This document shows, in pieces, positions 30,293 to 41,858 of a stretch of 61,629 bases of DNA (position 1 is its first letter; each line of letters begins with the position of its first letter). The stretch lies in the sequence record DRR723986_7088. One strand, written 5' to 3'. The notes beneath the pieces were generated by a model, which was given only the letters and a program-made list of their open reading frames with translations, had not been told where the DNA came from and did no database searches. A program made the position numbers and the translations under genes.

Positions 30293-31516
30293 TCAATCAA
30301 TTCCAATGCCGTCAATGCCGGCTACCGTATGAATATCCTTATCCCCGCGCCCGGATAAGTTCACCACAATGCTTTGATCCGGGCGCATTGTTGCTGCCAG
30401 CTTCTCCGCGTAAGCGATGGCGTGGCTGGACTCCAGTGCCGGCATAATACCTTCAACTAAGGTGAGCTTACGGAAGGCATCAAGCGCTTCATCGTCGTTA
30501 ATTGCCACGTAATTAACGCGGCCAATGTCTTTCAACCATGAGTGCTCAGGGCCAACACCGGGGTAATCCAAGCCGGCTGATACTGAGTGCGTATGAATAA
30601 TCTGTCCGGCCTCATCCTGCATCAAGTAGGTGCGGTTGCCATGTAATACCCCCGGAGTGCCATCGCTGAGCGGCGCAGCGTGCTCACCGGTGGCAACGCC
30701 GTGCCCACCCGCTTCTACGCCGTACATCGCCACGGTTTTATCATCGAGGAAGGGGTGGAACAAACCAATGGCATTCGACCCACCGCCGACACAGGCGACC
30801 AGGGCGTCGGGCAATTTGCCGGTCTGCTCAAGGTGTTGCTCACGCGCTTCGCGACCAATGACCGATTGAAAGTCGCGCACCAGCATCGGATAAGGGTGCG
30901 GACCGGCCGCCGTACCGATAATGTAAAACGTATCATCTACATTGGTAACCCAGTCGCGCATCGCTTCGTTCATCGCGTCTTTAAGCGTGCGTGAACCCGA
31001 TTTAACCGAGATCACTTCGGCACCAAGTAACTTCATGCGATACACGTTCAGCGCCTGACGACGAATATCCTCTTCGCCCATAAATACCTGGCAATCCATG
31101 CCCAGCCGGGCCGCAACAGTAGCCGAGGCGACACCGTGCTGACCGGCGCCAGTTTCCGCAATCACGCGCTTTTTGCCCATGTACTTGGCAAGCAGGGCCT
31201 GACCGATAGTGTTGTTAACTTTGTGAGCCCCGGTGTGGTTTAGGTCCTCACGTTTCAGGTAGATCTGCGCCCCGCCGACTTCACGAGACCAGCGCTCAGC
31301 GTGATACAGCGGTGATGGTCGACCTACATAGTAGGCAAGATCGCGATCGAACTCCGCCCGAAACTCAGGGTCCTGGCTCAAGCGCTGGTAATTCTCAGCA
31401 AGTTCATCCAAGGCAAAAATCAGCGTCTCCGACACAAAACGGCCACCATAAGGGCCGAAATGCCCCTCCGCATTGGGGAACTGGCTAAAATCAACGTGCT
31501 CTTGCTGCTTACTCAC
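30293..31516 (-). CDS. trpB: tryptophan synthase beta
   Basis: [35 protein letters not shown]. Confidence 0.98.
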   Translation of the reverse strand: MSKQQEHVDFSQFPNAEGHFGPYGGRFVSETLIFALDELAENYQRLSQDPEFRAEFDRDLAYYVGRPSPLYHAERWSREVGGAQIYLKREDLNHTGAHKVNNTIGQALLAKYMGKKRVIAETGAGQHGVASATVAARLGMDCQVFMGEEDIRRQALNVYRMKLLGAEVISVKSGSRTLKDAMNEAMRDWVTNVDDTFYIIGTAAGPHPYPMLVRDFQSVIGREAREQHLEQTGKLPDALVACVGGGSNAIGLFHPFLDDKTVAMYGVEAGGHGVATGEHAAPLSDGTPGVLHGNRTYLMQDEAGQIIHTHSVSAGLDYPGVGPEHSWLKDIGRVNYVAINDDEALDAFRKLTLVEGIMPALESSHAIAYAEKLAATMRPDQSIVVNLSGRGDKDIHTVAGIDGIGID

Positions 31517-32152
31517 TCAATACTCCCGTCGGTCTGCTTCTGCGACCGCTTGAAAAAACTGCCGAATACGCTCGGCGCACTTAACACCGGGCGCACTTTC
31601 CACTCCGCCACTGACATCCACCGCCCAAGGACGACAACTCGCAATCGCCGCGCCGACGTTTTCACTGTTCAAGCCACCGGCTAACAGCAGCGGAAACGCC
31701 CTTTGCGTCGGAATCTTTTGCCAGTCGAAAACCTCGCCTGTGCCGCCTGGAACGCCCGGCTTATAGCTGTCGAGCAGAATGGCTCGGGCGCCGCTGTAAC
31801 TTGCGGCAACACCACTCACATCCATCCCTTCTCGCATTCGCAGTGCGCGCATATAAGGGTGTCCCAGCGATTCACAGAATGCCGGCGACTCATTGCCATG
31901 GAACTGCACAAGGTCGAGTGGACACACTGCCAAGGTGTCTCGCAACACCTCAATCGGTGCGTCGACAAACAAGCCAACGCTGGTAACAAAGGCGGGCAAT
32001 TGCGCAATGATGTCAGCGGCCTGTTCAGGGCTCACTGACCGTGGACTCTTTTCATAAAAAACAAAGCCCAGCGCGTCTGCACCGGCGTTAACAGCGGCTT
32101 GCGCATCTTCCAGCCGGCGAATGCCACAAATTTTTACGCGGGTTCGAAACAC
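31517..32152 (-). CDS. trpF: phosphoribosylanthranilate isomerase
   Basis: VKICGI, QFHGNE, GGTG, LAGGL, VDVSGGVE. Confidence 0.96.
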   Translation of the reverse strand: MFRTRVKICGIRRLEDAQAAVNAGADALGFVFYEKSPRSVSPEQAADIIAQLPAFVTSVGLFVDAPIEVLRDTLAVCPLDLVQFHGNESPAFCESLGHPYMRALRMREGMDVSGVAASYSGARAILLDSYKPGVPGGTGEVFDWQKIPTQRAFPLLLAGGLNSENVGAAIASCRPWAVDVSGGVESAPGVKCAERIRQFFQAVAEADRREY

Positions 32153-32195
32153 TCAGATTCAGCCAAGCTATTAAAGGCTGGAAATACTAGCAAAT

Positions 32196-33083
32196 TTACG
32201 GCCTGTCTGCCGCAAATTCAGCACCGAATGAGCGGATAAATTCCGGCCCTGGCGATAGTTGAGGGAGGTCAAACTCGGAAGGGTAATTCACATCTACAAG
32301 ATACAGGCCGTGGGGTTTAGCCGTAACGCCCCCTTGACTGCGATCTCGACTGGCAAGCACCTCTGCGGTCCAGCCAACGGGCTGCGCCCCACTCCCCACC
32401 GCCACCAAGACGCCGGCGATATTGCGCACCATGTGGTGAAGAAAGGCATTACCCTGAATATCTATCACAACGTAACGGCCGTGGCGGCTTACGTTGACGT
32501 AATGGATATTGCGCATCGGGCTGTGAGACTGACAGGACGCCGCGCGAAAAGCGCTAAAGTCCTGTTCACCCACTAACACTTGCGCCTCTCGATGCATCAA
32601 CGCCTCATCTAATGGCACATCGATATGAGTAACGCCGCCCACCAAGTGCGCGGAGCGCCGCAGCTGATTCAGAATAACATAGCGATAACGGCGTGCAGTT
32701 GCGGAGAAACGGGCATGAAAATCACCGGCGACAGGGCACACCCAACGCACAGCGATATCAGCGGGAAGCAAGGCATTACAGCCCGCGTGCCACGCCTTAA
32801 CACTGCGCCCCACCGGGGCATCGAAATGAACGACTTGGTGACTGGCATGAACGCCTGCATCGGTCCTACCCGCGCAAATCACGGTTACCGGGCTAGCCGC
32901 AACGGAAGACAGGGCCGATTCCAACGCGTCTTGAATGGTTGCAACCTTTGGTTTGTCCTGGCTCTGCCAACCCCGATAAGCGCCACCTTGATATTCCAGC
33001 GCCATGGCTATGCGCGTTCCTTCGGGTAGCGTTTCGGTATCGGCGCGCTCGAATGCTTGCGGCTCGAAACTAGGGGTGCTCAA
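32196..33083 (-). CDS. truA: tRNA pseudouridine(38-40) synthase
   Basis: AGRTDAGVHA, FHARFSA, AFLHHMVRNI. Start uncertain (TTG). Confidence 0.95.
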   Translation of the reverse strand: MSTPSFEPQAFERADTETLPEGTRIAMALEYQGGAYRGWQSQDKPKVATIQDALESALSSVAASPVTVICAGRTDAGVHASHQVVHFDAPVGRSVKAWHAGCNALLPADIAVRWVCPVAGDFHARFSATARRYRYVILNQLRRSAHLVGGVTHIDVPLDEALMHREAQVLVGEQDFSAFRAASCQSHSPMRNIHYVNVSRHGRYVVIDIQGNAFLHHMVRNIAGVLVAVGSGAQPVGWTAEVLASRDRSQGGVTAKPHGLYLVDVNYPSEFDLPQLSPGPEFIRSFGAEFAADRP

Positions 33084-33085
33084 TG

Positions 33086-36000
33086 TTACTTCAACTGCTC
33101 CATTAATGCGTGGGCTGCTGCTTTCTGTTCGTCGCTACCCGCCTCCAGCACTTCATTGATAATATCCCGGGCACCGTCTTCGTCGCCCATGTCGATAAAC
33201 GCGCGGGCGAGATCCAGCTTATTCGCAATATCATCACTGTCTGACAACTCAGGCATATCCTCCTCGGCCGAATCAGCAGAGAATTCGTCAAAAACCAAGT
33301 CATCCAAATTCAGGGCACCGACCTCGTCAGCCTCACCCTTAACTTCGTCGAGCGCCACCCCATCGGCTGACGTTAGCGGCTCCTGATCAGCATCGGCATC
33401 GGCGGCATCCACCACGGTTTCAATGGCCTGGTCCTCGGTATCCGCGCCCGCATCCTCAGCCAGCGATAAACCCTCTACCTCGGCATCCAGGTCCGCCAAT
33501 GCGGCGTCGAGATCATCCAGCTCAGACAACTCCTCAGCCGCCGCCTCCGGCTGGGGCTCGCTGTCATCAGTGCTCAACATTGACTCACCGAGATCACTGT
33601 CTTCTAGACTAAAGTCAAAGTCGCTGAGGTCTGCACCAAGATCATTACCTTCTGCAACCGTGTCGCTCTCTGCAACGGCATCATCGCCAACGGATAATTC
33701 GCTCAGGTCTAGATCAGCGTCACCGAGCTCGTCCAGGGCTTCAAGGCTACCGTCGTCCAGCTCCAGATCGCTGCCTTCTGTCGACAATGCATCCAATTCC
33801 AACTCGTCATCACGACCATCGACGTCGAGGCTATCATCGGCAGCAAAATCAAAGTCCTCAAACCCTTCCAAAACCGGCTCGTCGGCTGCCGTTTCGCTGC
33901 CAGTGCTGGAATCATCGTCCAGAGAAAGCTCCTCAGCACCCGCCGCCGAATTCGGGTCAGCTTCTGGCATCGGCGTAGCGTCCACCTCTTCGCCTAGGGC
34001 CTCGCTGCCATCAGCTTCGTGCTGATCTTCTCCGTCCAGAAAGGCTAACTCTTCATCCAGGTTATCGAGAGATTCCAGCTCTTCGGCCACCGCAGACGAC
34101 GGCTCATCACTTAACCAACCGCTAACACCCTCGATAGCAGACATCGACTCTTTAACGCGCGCCAGCGCATCGGCATCGCCATGCATTTCTAGCTGCTGAT
34201 AGGCCTCAAGGAAGGCCTCCCGGTCGCGCGTATCCAGATAGATATCAAGCAACTTAACACGCAGCTCGGTGTTTTCCGGCTCATTGGCGATAGCACTCTT
34301 CAGTAAGCTCGCCGCCTGATCGTAACGACCATAAGCCACATAGATTTCAGCCTCTGAAATCGCGTCGCCGGTCTGCGGCTGAACCGCCTCTTCCACCGAC
34401 TCTTCCGCTGATTCGCTGCTGGGCTGCTCCGAGAAGTCATCGTTTAAACTGTCGAAATCGAAATCACCGGCAATTTCTTCGGCCGCGGCGTCAGCCTCAG
34501 CGCTCGGCTCATCAAGCTCATCGACAGGCGCTAGTTCGTCAGCCGAGGGCGCATCCAGATTATTGAGCGCACTAGCATCGGCAAGTGGTGGTTCGATTTG
34601 TGGCTCTGCATCATCGTTGGCGCCAGCTCGGCGACGCACCAACAACAGAAGCAGTAGCAATACACCCAGCCCTGCCGCGGCGTATTGGTATAGCGGCACT
34701 AAGTACCACGGCGTCTCTGCCGGCGCTGGCGAGCGCTCCTGCTCGGTAGACATTGGGGGCACTGACTCTGCGGCTTCGCTCGCTACGTCGGCGGCATCAG
34801 CGGCAGGCTCGGCGTCACCACCCTCTTCATTCGCATTCGGGGCAGTCGCATTCAGGGCATTGCGCGCCGCCGCCGTAATCTCAGCTTCGCGCTCTTCCAA
34901 AGCACGCTGGTCTTCCTCGAGGCTGGCTTCTACCTCGGCAATTTCCGCTGAGATGGCGTTAGCTTCCTCTGCCGCATCGGCAGAGTTGGCCGCCAGGCCA
35001 GCCTGCAGCGCGGCCAACTCGCGGTTTTTGAGTGCGATCAACTTTTGCAAGGTATCAACTTGCTTCTCCATTTCTCGCACACGGCTCGCCATGGAGGCAT
35101 TCTCAAGCTGTACTTGTTCGAGCACTTCTTGCTCTTCGCTCAGTCGGCGACGCAGCTCATCAACCTCTTCACTTGACGCGGTGTCACCCGCACTGCCAAT
35201 ACTAAAGCGCACATCATCACTGGTCGCGGAATCAACCGGTGCTTGTTCTGCCTTTTTTGTTGCGTCGAGTTGAGGTGCCTTTTGCTCGGACGCGGCACCC
35301 GCGTCTACGGAAACCGCACTGGAAGTCCGGCGTTGTCGCCAATCTTTCGCTTGCTGCCTAATTGTCTGAAGCGCTGTTTCATGATCGAGCGCGTTAATCT
35401 CATCCTCACTGGGGATCTCGAGAACATAACCCGACTTAACGCGGTTGATATTATTACCTATGAAGGCTTCGGGATTTTTGCGCAGCAGCGCGATCATGGT
35501 TTGTTCGGTTGTTACAAAGGCGCTGGGGCGAAGCTTTGCCGCCACCTGCCACATCGTATCGTGATGTTGCACGCGGTATTGCCCGTCTTTATCACTCGAC
35601 GGCAGATCGGTCTTTTTTTCCAGCGGCCGCGGCTGCAGGGACTTTGCAGAATCATCCTGAACTGACGACACTGGAACCGGTGGCGCCACGCTAACGCTGC
35701 CGCGCGAGCCGCCGGGCTCCCGCTCAGCGACCGGGGAAGACGGCTGCGCCGGTGAGGGTGAGACATTGGACACCGGCACCCGTGCAGCTTGGGTGGGGGT
35801 GGGAGCGAGATCAGATTCAAAAACAGGCAAATCCAACAGCACCGTGTATTCACGGAGCATGCGGCCGTTTGGCCAGCGAACTTCAATAATGAAATCTAAA
35901 TAGGGTTCAACAACGGGCTGGGTTGTGGTGACAATAATTCGGCCGCGGCCGTTTTCACCCACCTCGACAATAAAATCCAAACTATTGAGAAATTGTGTGC

Positions 36001-36214
36001 GATCAATGCCTGCATTGTCGAAAGCCGACGCGTCAGCAAGATCAACGCGCAACTGAGCAGCCTCCAAACCCTCGGCCTCGCGCAGTGGAATAAAGGCTTT
36101 AAACGGCTGGTTCAGGGAGGACGCCAGGGCGATGTCCCCTACCCCGAGGGCGCTCACAAAACCACTTTGAATGGCGCCCACCAATACTGCTACACGGGCC
36201 AGACTCTTGCTCAT
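33086..36214 (-). CDS. fimV: FimV/HubP polar landmark protein
   Basis: Signal peptide, SSLNQP, REYTVLLD, LysM domain, coiled coil, TM, EAEIYVAYGR, acidic region, C-terminal KLDLARAFIDMGD. Confidence 0.93.
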   Translation of the reverse strand: MSKSLARVAVLVGAIQSGFVSALGVGDIALASSLNQPFKAFIPLREAEGLEAAQLRVDLADASAFDNAGIDRTQFLNSLDFIVEVGENGRGRIIVTTTQPVVEPYLDFIIEVRWPNGRMLREYTVLLDLPVFESDLAPTPTQAARVPVSNVSPSPAQPSSPVAEREPGGSRGSVSVAPPVPVSSVQDDSAKSLQPRPLEKKTDLPSSDKDGQYRVQHHDTMWQVAAKLRPSAFVTTEQTMIALLRKNPEAFIGNNINRVKSGYVLEIPSEDEINALDHETALQTIRQQAKDWRQRRTSSAVSVDAGAASEQKAPQLDATKKAEQAPVDSATSDDVRFSIGSAGDTASSEEVDELRRRLSEEQEVLEQVQLENASMASRVREMEKQVDTLQKLIALKNRELAALQAGLAANSADAAEEANAISAEIAEVEASLEEDQRALEEREAEITAAARNALNATAPNANEEGGDAEPAADAADVASEAAESVPPMSTEQERSPAPAETPWYLVPLYQYAAAGLGVLLLLLLLVRRRAGANDDAEPQIEPPLADASALNNLDAPSADELAPVDELDEPSAEADAAAEEIAGDFDFDSLNDDFSEQPSSESAEESVEEAVQPQTGDAISEAEIYVAYGRYDQAASLLKSAIANEPENTELRVKLLDIYLDTRDREAFLEAYQQLEMHGDADALARVKESMSAIEGVSGWLSDEPSSAVAEELESLDNLDEELAFLDGEDQHEADGSEALGEEVDATPMPEADPNSAAGAEELSLDDDSSTGSETAADEPVLEGFEDFDFAADDSLDVDGRDDELELDALSTEGSDLELDDGSLEALDELGDADLDLSELSVGDDAVAESDTVAEGNDLGADLSDFDFSLEDSDLGESMLSTDDSEPQPEAAAEELSELDDLDAALADLDAEVEGLSLAEDAGADTEDQAIETVVDAADADADQEPLTSADGVALDEVKGEADEVGALNLDDLVFDEFSADSAEEDMPELSDSDDIANKLDLARAFIDMGDEDGARDIINEVLEAGSDEQKAAAHALMEQLK

Positions 36215-36362
36215 ATTTCCACCGTCTCGTTGCTGCACCGCGTCTGTCGATCCCGAAACGAGGCGCAGCGCGGCGTGAATATCGAATAGCTTCGCAGTGT
36301 GGACCGCAAACTACAGGCGTTGTTATCTAGAATTATTCTTCGATAGTAAGCGTAAATATTAG

Positions 36363-37328
36363 CTATGTGTCGGTTTTTATCAAGATTTTAAGCGCTTCAA
36401 TAATGTTAAGTGCGGCACCTTTACGCAAATTGTCTGCCACAATCGTTGCGCGCAAAACACGTTCGTCGCGACGATCGACAGCCCACTCAGCAATATCTAT
36501 CGTTTCACTGCCCTGTAGACCCGCCGGACTCGCCAGTGCTTCCGCATTGCCATCACGCAAACGGAACACGTCGCTTGCCAGCAGCTGCTCGCGCCATTGC
36601 GCGGCAGCCACAGCGTCACCAAACTCCGCTCGCAGCAGCGTGCAGTGGCCGTAAAACACCGGCGCCAACATAGCCTGACAGTGAACCTGCGCGAATTCAT
36701 CCCGCCCCTGTGTCAGCAGGGTAGCCAGATTATGCTCAATATCTGCACTATTATCGGCAGTTAGCGGCAAAACATTAAAGGCAATCTGTGCTGGCAGCTG
36801 ACTGGACTCAAGCGACTGCGCATTCAGCAGGCGCGCCGTTTCTGCCGCGAGGGTCTCAACACCATTGCTGCCCGCACTCGACACGGGTTGCGCGACCGCC
36901 AAGTCGATACGCTGCGGTGTCGGCAGCTGCGCAAGCAAAGCGTACACATGACTACTCACCGCATCGGCAATCGCGACACTTTTTGCCCCATCAGCCAACT
37001 CGCTGCCCGCACAAAATACCGGCACGTCACCGCGCTGAGACAACACATTGGCGGCATCAACGACCACGCAGCCCGCACACTCTGCAGCATCAACCAACTG
37101 CGGCAAGGGCTTGCCAGGCATAAATACCGCAACGTCCACAGCACTGAAATCCACCTCTTCCAGAGGCCGAAAATCCAGCGGACGTCCACGATACATTGCC
37201 GGCTCAGCGTCATAAGCGGCAGCGCTGTATAGCCGCAGCGTTGTTGGCGCAGCCTCCCACTCACTGAGCGCTTCCAGGAGGTGCTTTCCCTCCAGGCTAT
37301 CGGCGGCAAAAATGGCGTAGTGGGTCAT
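36363..37328 (-). CDS. usg: Usg / Asd-like semialdehyde dehydrogenase homologue (likely inactive)
   Basis: QIAFNVLP, PVFYGH, ADNLRKGAALN; directly downstream of asd. Confidence 0.75.
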   Translation of the reverse strand: MTHYAIFAADSLEGKHLLEALSEWEAAPTTLRLYSAAAYDAEPAMYRGRPLDFRPLEEVDFSAVDVAVFMPGKPLPQLVDAAECAGCVVVDAANVLSQRGDVPVFCAGSELADGAKSVAIADAVSSHVYALLAQLPTPQRIDLAVAQPVSSAGSNGVETLAAETARLLNAQSLESSQLPAQIAFNVLPLTADNSADIEHNLATLLTQGRDEFAQVHCQAMLAPVFYGHCTLLRAEFGDAVAAAQWREQLLASDVFRLRDGNAEALASPAGLQGSETIDIAEWAVDRRDERVLRATIVADNLRKGAALNIIEALKILIKTDT

Positions 37329-38443
37329 TAGGCAATATCACCTCGGATAATGCGCAACATCCGGCGCAAGGGCTCAGCAGCACCCCACAGCAATTGGTCG
37401 CCAACCGTGAAAGCCGAGAGGTATTGCTCGCCCATATTCAGTTTTCGCAAACGACCAACGGGTACACCCAATGTACCGGTCACTGCCGTTGGGGTTAGAC
37501 GCTCAAGTGTTGCATTGCGCTCGTTGGGAACCACATCCACCCAGTCATTGGCACTGGCAAGGATGGATTCAATGTCACCCATCGGTACATTTTTGTTCAA
37601 CTTGATGGTTAGTGCCTGGCTGTGACAGCGCATTGCACCAACGCGCACACAGTTGCCGTCGATCGCAATCGGCGAGTCGTCGCGACCCAGAATTTTGTTT
37701 GTCTCAGCTTGCCCTTTCCATTCTTCACGGCTTTGACCGTTCTCAAGCTGGGTGTCAATCCAAGGCAACAGGCTGCCGGCCAGCGCATGCCCAAATTCCT
37801 GTGTTGGGAAAGCATCACCGCGCATTGCCTCGGCCACCTTGCGATCAATATCCAGGATATTGCTGCGTGCATCAGCCAATTCCGGCGCCACCGCGTCGCG
37901 AATACTCCCCATTTGTGAGATCAGCTCACGCATATTTTTGGCACCGGCGCCGCTAGCCGCCTGGTAGGTTTGCGCACTCACCCACTCAACCATGCCCTCG
38001 CGGAACAGACCGCCAACGGCCATCAGCATCAAACTTACGGTGCAGTTGCCGCCGATGTAGTTTTTAACGTCGCGCTGCAGGCCCTGCTTAACCACGTCGA
38101 GGTTAACCGGATCCAGTACGATGATGGCATCATCGCTCATACGCAGTGACGATGCCGCATCAATCCAGTAACCCTGCCAACCGCTGGCGCGCAGGTCGGC
38201 GAATACCGCCTTCGTGTAATCACCACCCTGACAGGAAATAATCGCGTCCATGGCAGCGAGTTCAGTGATGTCGTGCGCGTCCTTCAACGGCGCGATATCG
38301 CGACCGATGTCCGGGCCCTGCCCACCGACATTTGAGGTGGTGAAAAATTGTGGTTCGATACCATCAAAGTCGTTTTCTTCGAGCATGCGACCCATCAATA
38401 CTGAGCCCACCATGCCTCTCCAACCAACAAAACCTACTTTCAT
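37328..38443 (-). CDS. asd: aspartate-semialdehyde dehydrogenase
   Basis: [34 protein letters not shown]. Confidence 0.98.
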   Translation of the reverse strand: MKVGFVGWRGMVGSVLMGRMLEENDFDGIEPQFFTTSNVGGQGPDIGRDIAPLKDAHDITELAAMDAIISCQGGDYTKAVFADLRASGWQGYWIDAASSLRMSDDAIIVLDPVNLDVVKQGLQRDVKNYIGGNCTVSLMLMAVGGLFREGMVEWVSAQTYQAASGAGAKNMRELISQMGSIRDAVAPELADARSNILDIDRKVAEAMRGDAFPTQEFGHALAGSLLPWIDTQLENGQSREEWKGQAETNKILGRDDSPIAIDGNCVRVGAMRCHSQALTIKLNKNVPMGDIESILASANDWVDVVPNERNATLERLTPTAVTGTLGVPVGRLRKLNMGEQYLSAFTVGDQLLWGAAEPLRRMLRIIRGDIA

Positions 38444-38529
38444 TACTCATTCCTCCTTTCCTACATGGCGACCAACCCACTCACAGGCCGGCGCCCCATT
38501 AGCCGCCGCAGGCGGCCAACGACGAGTGT

Positions 38530-39627
38530 TTACACTTCCGATAAAGCGGCCAAAACGGCATCGCCCATCTGCGCGGTACCCACCTTCTGGCAACCCTCAG
38601 AGTAGATATCCGCGGTACGTAGCCCTTTATCCAACACACGGCTTACTGCGTCTTCGATGCACTGCGCAGCAGCGGGCTCAGACAGGGAGTAGCGCAACAT
38701 CATTGCCACCGACAGAATGGTCGCCAGTGGATTCGCGATACCTTGCCCGGCAATGTCGGGCGCGCTGCCGTGGCAGGGCTCATACATGCCGCGGCCATTC
38801 ACATCTAGTGACGCCGAAGGCAGCATGCCAATTGATCCGGTCAACATCGCTGCGGCGTCAGAAAGAATATCGCCAAACATATTGCCGGTAACGACGACGT
38901 CAAATTGCTTTGGTGCGCGCACCAACTGCATGGCGGCGTTATCCACGTACATATGGCTGAGCTCGACATCCGGATAGTCTTTGGCCATCTCGTCGACGAC
39001 TTCGCGCCACAGCATGGTCACTTCCAGCACGTTGGCCTTGTCGACACTGCACAGACGTCCGCCGCGTTTTTGCGCCAGCTCAAAGGCCACCTTGGCGATC
39101 CGGCGGATTTGCGATTCGTTGTAAACGTAGGTGTTGTAACCTTCGCGCTCACCATTGTCGAGCTCTCGAATGCCGCGTGGCTGACCGAAGTAAATACCAC
39201 CCGTCAACTCGCGCACAATCAATATATCCAAACCGGCAACCAGTTCCGGCTTTAGCGAAGACGCATCGGCTAACTGCGGATAAAGAATGGCAGGACGCAA
39301 ATTGCCAAACAAATCCAAGCGCTTGCGAATCTCTAGCAGACCACCCTTTTCTGGACGCTCTGCGGGGGGCAACTGATCCCACTTTGGCCCGCCTACAGCT
39401 CCGAGCAAAATAGCGTCAGCTGCCTGGCATTTCTCGAAGGTTTCATCCGGCAATGCCGTGCCCACCGCGTCGATAGCGGCGCCGCCAAGCAGCGCATCGT
39501 CTAGCGACAAATTAAGTTGGTGAGAGTGATTGATCGCTTCCAAGACCTTGCGAGCCTCGGCCATAATTTCCGGGCCGATACCATCGCCGGCCAACATCAA
39601 TACTTTGCGAGCAGTTTTTTCAGACAC
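38530..39627 (-). CDS. leuB: 3-isopropylmalate dehydrogenase
   Basis: [36 protein letters not shown]. Confidence 0.98.
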   Translation of the reverse strand: MSEKTARKVLMLAGDGIGPEIMAEARKVLEAINHSHQLNLSLDDALLGGAAIDAVGTALPDETFEKCQAADAILLGAVGGPKWDQLPPAERPEKGGLLEIRKRLDLFGNLRPAILYPQLADASSLKPELVAGLDILIVRELTGGIYFGQPRGIRELDNGEREGYNTYVYNESQIRRIAKVAFELAQKRGGRLCSVDKANVLEVTMLWREVVDEMAKDYPDVELSHMYVDNAAMQLVRAPKQFDVVVTGNMFGDILSDAAAMLTGSIGMLPSASLDVNGRGMYEPCHGSAPDIAGQGIANPLATILSVAMMLRYSLSEPAAAQCIEDAVSRVLDKGLRTADIYSEGCQKVGTAQMGDAVLAALSEV

Positions 39628-39660
39628 GTTTCTATTCCCGTATGTAGTTTGTCAGTATGT

Positions 39661-40311
39661 TTACGCGCGATGCTCGCGGAACAACCAAGGCGATTTTTGC
39701 TGCCAGTTTTTTTCAAAGTCGCGGATAGCATCGGCATCCTGCAGGGTTAAGCCGATATCATCCAGACCATTGATCAGGCAGTGCTTGCGAAAGGCATCAA
39801 CGTCGAAGGTTATGACGTCACCTGCTGGCGTGGTAATCGTCTGCGCTGGCAGGTCAACCAATAAGCGATAGCCCTCTGAGCTGTACATCTCGTTGAACAA
39901 ATTATCGACAACATCCGCTGGCAACACTATCGGCAAGATGCCATTTTTAAAGCAGTTGTTAAAAAAGATATCAGCAAAACTCGGCGCAATAACGCAACGA
40001 AAGCCGTAATCCTCCAATGCCCAGGGGGCGTGCTCGCGGCTTGAACCGCAACCAAAATTTTCCCTCGCCAACAACACTGAAGCGCCCTGGTATCGGGCGT
40101 GATTGAGCGGAAAATCCGGGTTGATTGGGCGCTGACTGCAGTCTTCGCCCGGGCGCCCCTCGTCCAGGTAACGCAGCTCATCGAACAAATTTGGCCCAAA
40201 GCCACTGCGCTTAATCGACTTCAGGAACTGCTTGGGAATGATCATATCCGTGTCGACATTCGCGCGATCCATTGGCGCCGCGAGTCCGTCTAATTGGGTA
40301 AACGCTTTCAT
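39661..40311 (-). CDS. leuD: 3-isopropylmalate dehydratase small subunit
   Basis: [28 protein letters not shown]. Start trimmed to MKAF. Confidence 0.97.
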   Translation of the reverse strand: MKAFTQLDGLAAPMDRANVDTDMIIPKQFLKSIKRSGFGPNLFDELRYLDEGRPGEDCSQRPINPDFPLNHARYQGASVLLARENFGCGSSREHAPWALEDYGFRCVIAPSFADIFFNNCFKNGILPIVLPADVVDNLFNEMYSSEGYRLLVDLPAQTITTPAGDVITFDVDAFRKHCLINGLDDIGLTLQDADAIRDFEKNWQQKSPWLFREHRA

Positions 40312-40321
40312 TGTTTGCTCC

Positions 40322-41743
40322 TTATATCCACTCGCGCACGTCGACGAAATGCCCTGCAATAGCCGCTGCTGCCGCCATCGCCGGACTCACCAAATGCGTT
40401 CGACCACCAAAGCCCTGGCGCCCCTCAAAATTTCGGTTAGACGTTGAGGCACAGTGCTCACCCGCTCCGAGCTTATCGGCGTTCATTGCCAAACACATAG
40501 AGCAACCTGGCTCACGCCACTGCAGCCCCGCCTCAGTAAAGATTTTATCCAGCCCCTCTGCTTCGGCTTGTTTTTTCACCAGGCCTGAACCGGGAACAAC
40601 CAGCGCTTCTTTCAAACTCTCGGCCACTTTTTTGCCTTTCACTACCGCAGCGGCCTCGCGAAGATCTTCAATACGAGAGTTGGTGCAGGAGCCAATAAAA
40701 ACCCGGTCGAGGGTGATATCGGTAATGGCTTGCCCCGCGCTAAGCCCCATATACGTCAGCGCACGCTCACAAGCACTGCGCTGGACAGGGTCACTAAAGT
40801 CATTGGGAGCGGGGACTACCGCACCGACTGCCGCCACCATCTCCGGGCTGGTACCCCAGGTAACTTGTGGCTCGATACTGCTGCCGTCAAGCTCAACCAC
40901 CGCATCAAAATGAGCATCGGGGTCACTGTGCAGTGTTTGCCAGTAACTTACCGCCTGCTCCCACTCTTGCTCATTGGGGGCAAACGGCCGACCTTTTACA
41001 TAGTCGATGGTCGTTTCGTCCACGGCAACCATACCCACACGCGCACCGGCCTCTATGGCCATATTACAAATGGTCATGCGGCCTTCCATCGACATGTCGC
41101 GGATCACTTGTCCGCCAAATTCTATGGCATATCCAGTGCCGCCAGCGGTGCCGATTTTTCCAATTACGGCAAGGACGACATCTTTGGCGGTAACACCGGC
41201 GCCGAGCTTGCCATCGATGCGCACCAACATGTTTTTGCTCTTCTTCTGGATCAGGCACTGAGTCGCCAACACATGCTCAACTTCAGAGGTGCCAATACCG
41301 TGGGCCAGCGCGCCCAGCGCGCCGTGGGTTGCGGTATGCGAGTCACCGCAGACCACTGTCATACCCGGCAGCGTTGCCCCCTGCTCTGGACCGACAACAT
41401 GAACAATCCCCTGCCGCTCATCGTTGATCGAGAACTCCGTGATCCCGAACTCATCGCAGTTATCATCAAGTGTTTGAACCTGGATACGCGATATTTCATC
41501 TTGGATACCGCTCACACCCGCACTGCGCTCAGCCAGGACCGTGGGCACATTGTGATCCGGTGTTGCGATATTGGCACTCACGCGCCAGGGCTGACGCCCG
41601 GCAAGCCTAAGGCCTTCAAATGCTTGCGGCGATGTCACCTCGTGGACAAGCTGACGATCAATATAGATCAAGGCGGTACCGTCATCGCGCTCTTTTACCA
41701 GATGCGCGGCCCATAATTTGTCGTAAAGCGTTTGTGAAGCCAT
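40322..41743 (-). CDS. leuC: 3-isopropylmalate dehydratase large subunit
   Basis: [43 protein letters not shown]. Confidence 0.98.
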   Translation of the reverse strand: MASQTLYDKLWAAHLVKERDDGTALIYIDRQLVHEVTSPQAFEGLRLAGRQPWRVSANIATPDHNVPTVLAERSAGVSGIQDEISRIQVQTLDDNCDEFGITEFSINDERQGIVHVVGPEQGATLPGMTVVCGDSHTATHGALGALAHGIGTSEVEHVLATQCLIQKKSKNMLVRIDGKLGAGVTAKDVVLAVIGKIGTAGGTGYAIEFGGQVIRDMSMEGRMTICNMAIEAGARVGMVAVDETTIDYVKGRPFAPNEQEWEQAVSYWQTLHSDPDAHFDAVVELDGSSIEPQVTWGTSPEMVAAVGAVVPAPNDFSDPVQRSACERALTYMGLSAGQAITDITLDRVFIGSCTNSRIEDLREAAAVVKGKKVAESLKEALVVPGSGLVKKQAEAEGLDKIFTEAGLQWREPGCSMCLAMNADKLGAGEHCASTSNRNFEGRQGFGGRTHLVSPAMAAAAAIAGHFVDVREWI

Positions 41744-41827
41744 GAATGATCCCCCAGTCTCCTCTCATTGCAGGCAATTTTACGCAGCCACATAAAATAA
41801 AACAAATTCATATTTTTTATTATTTCA

Positions 41828-41842
41828 ATTCCAAAAAGGAAT
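41828..41842. promoter_or_regulatory. LysR-type T-N11-A operator
   Basis: Palindrome ATTCC-AAAAA-GGAAT in the AT-rich leuC/LysR divergent spacer. Confidence 0.65.
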
Positions 41843-41858
41843 GAATAAACTTGCTTCC

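Noticed and set aside
33300..34600. Asp/Glu/Leu/Ala-rich quasi-repeats
   Set aside because: Normal low-complexity cytoplasmic region of FimV; no exact DNA repeat unit seen.
40730..41716. Long antisense ORFs (328 aa opposite leuC; similar ones opposite folD, acnB, accD, fimV, ligA)
   Set aside because: They fully overlap well-supported genes and have no recognisable motifs; shadow ORFs are expected from codon bias in GC-rich DNA.
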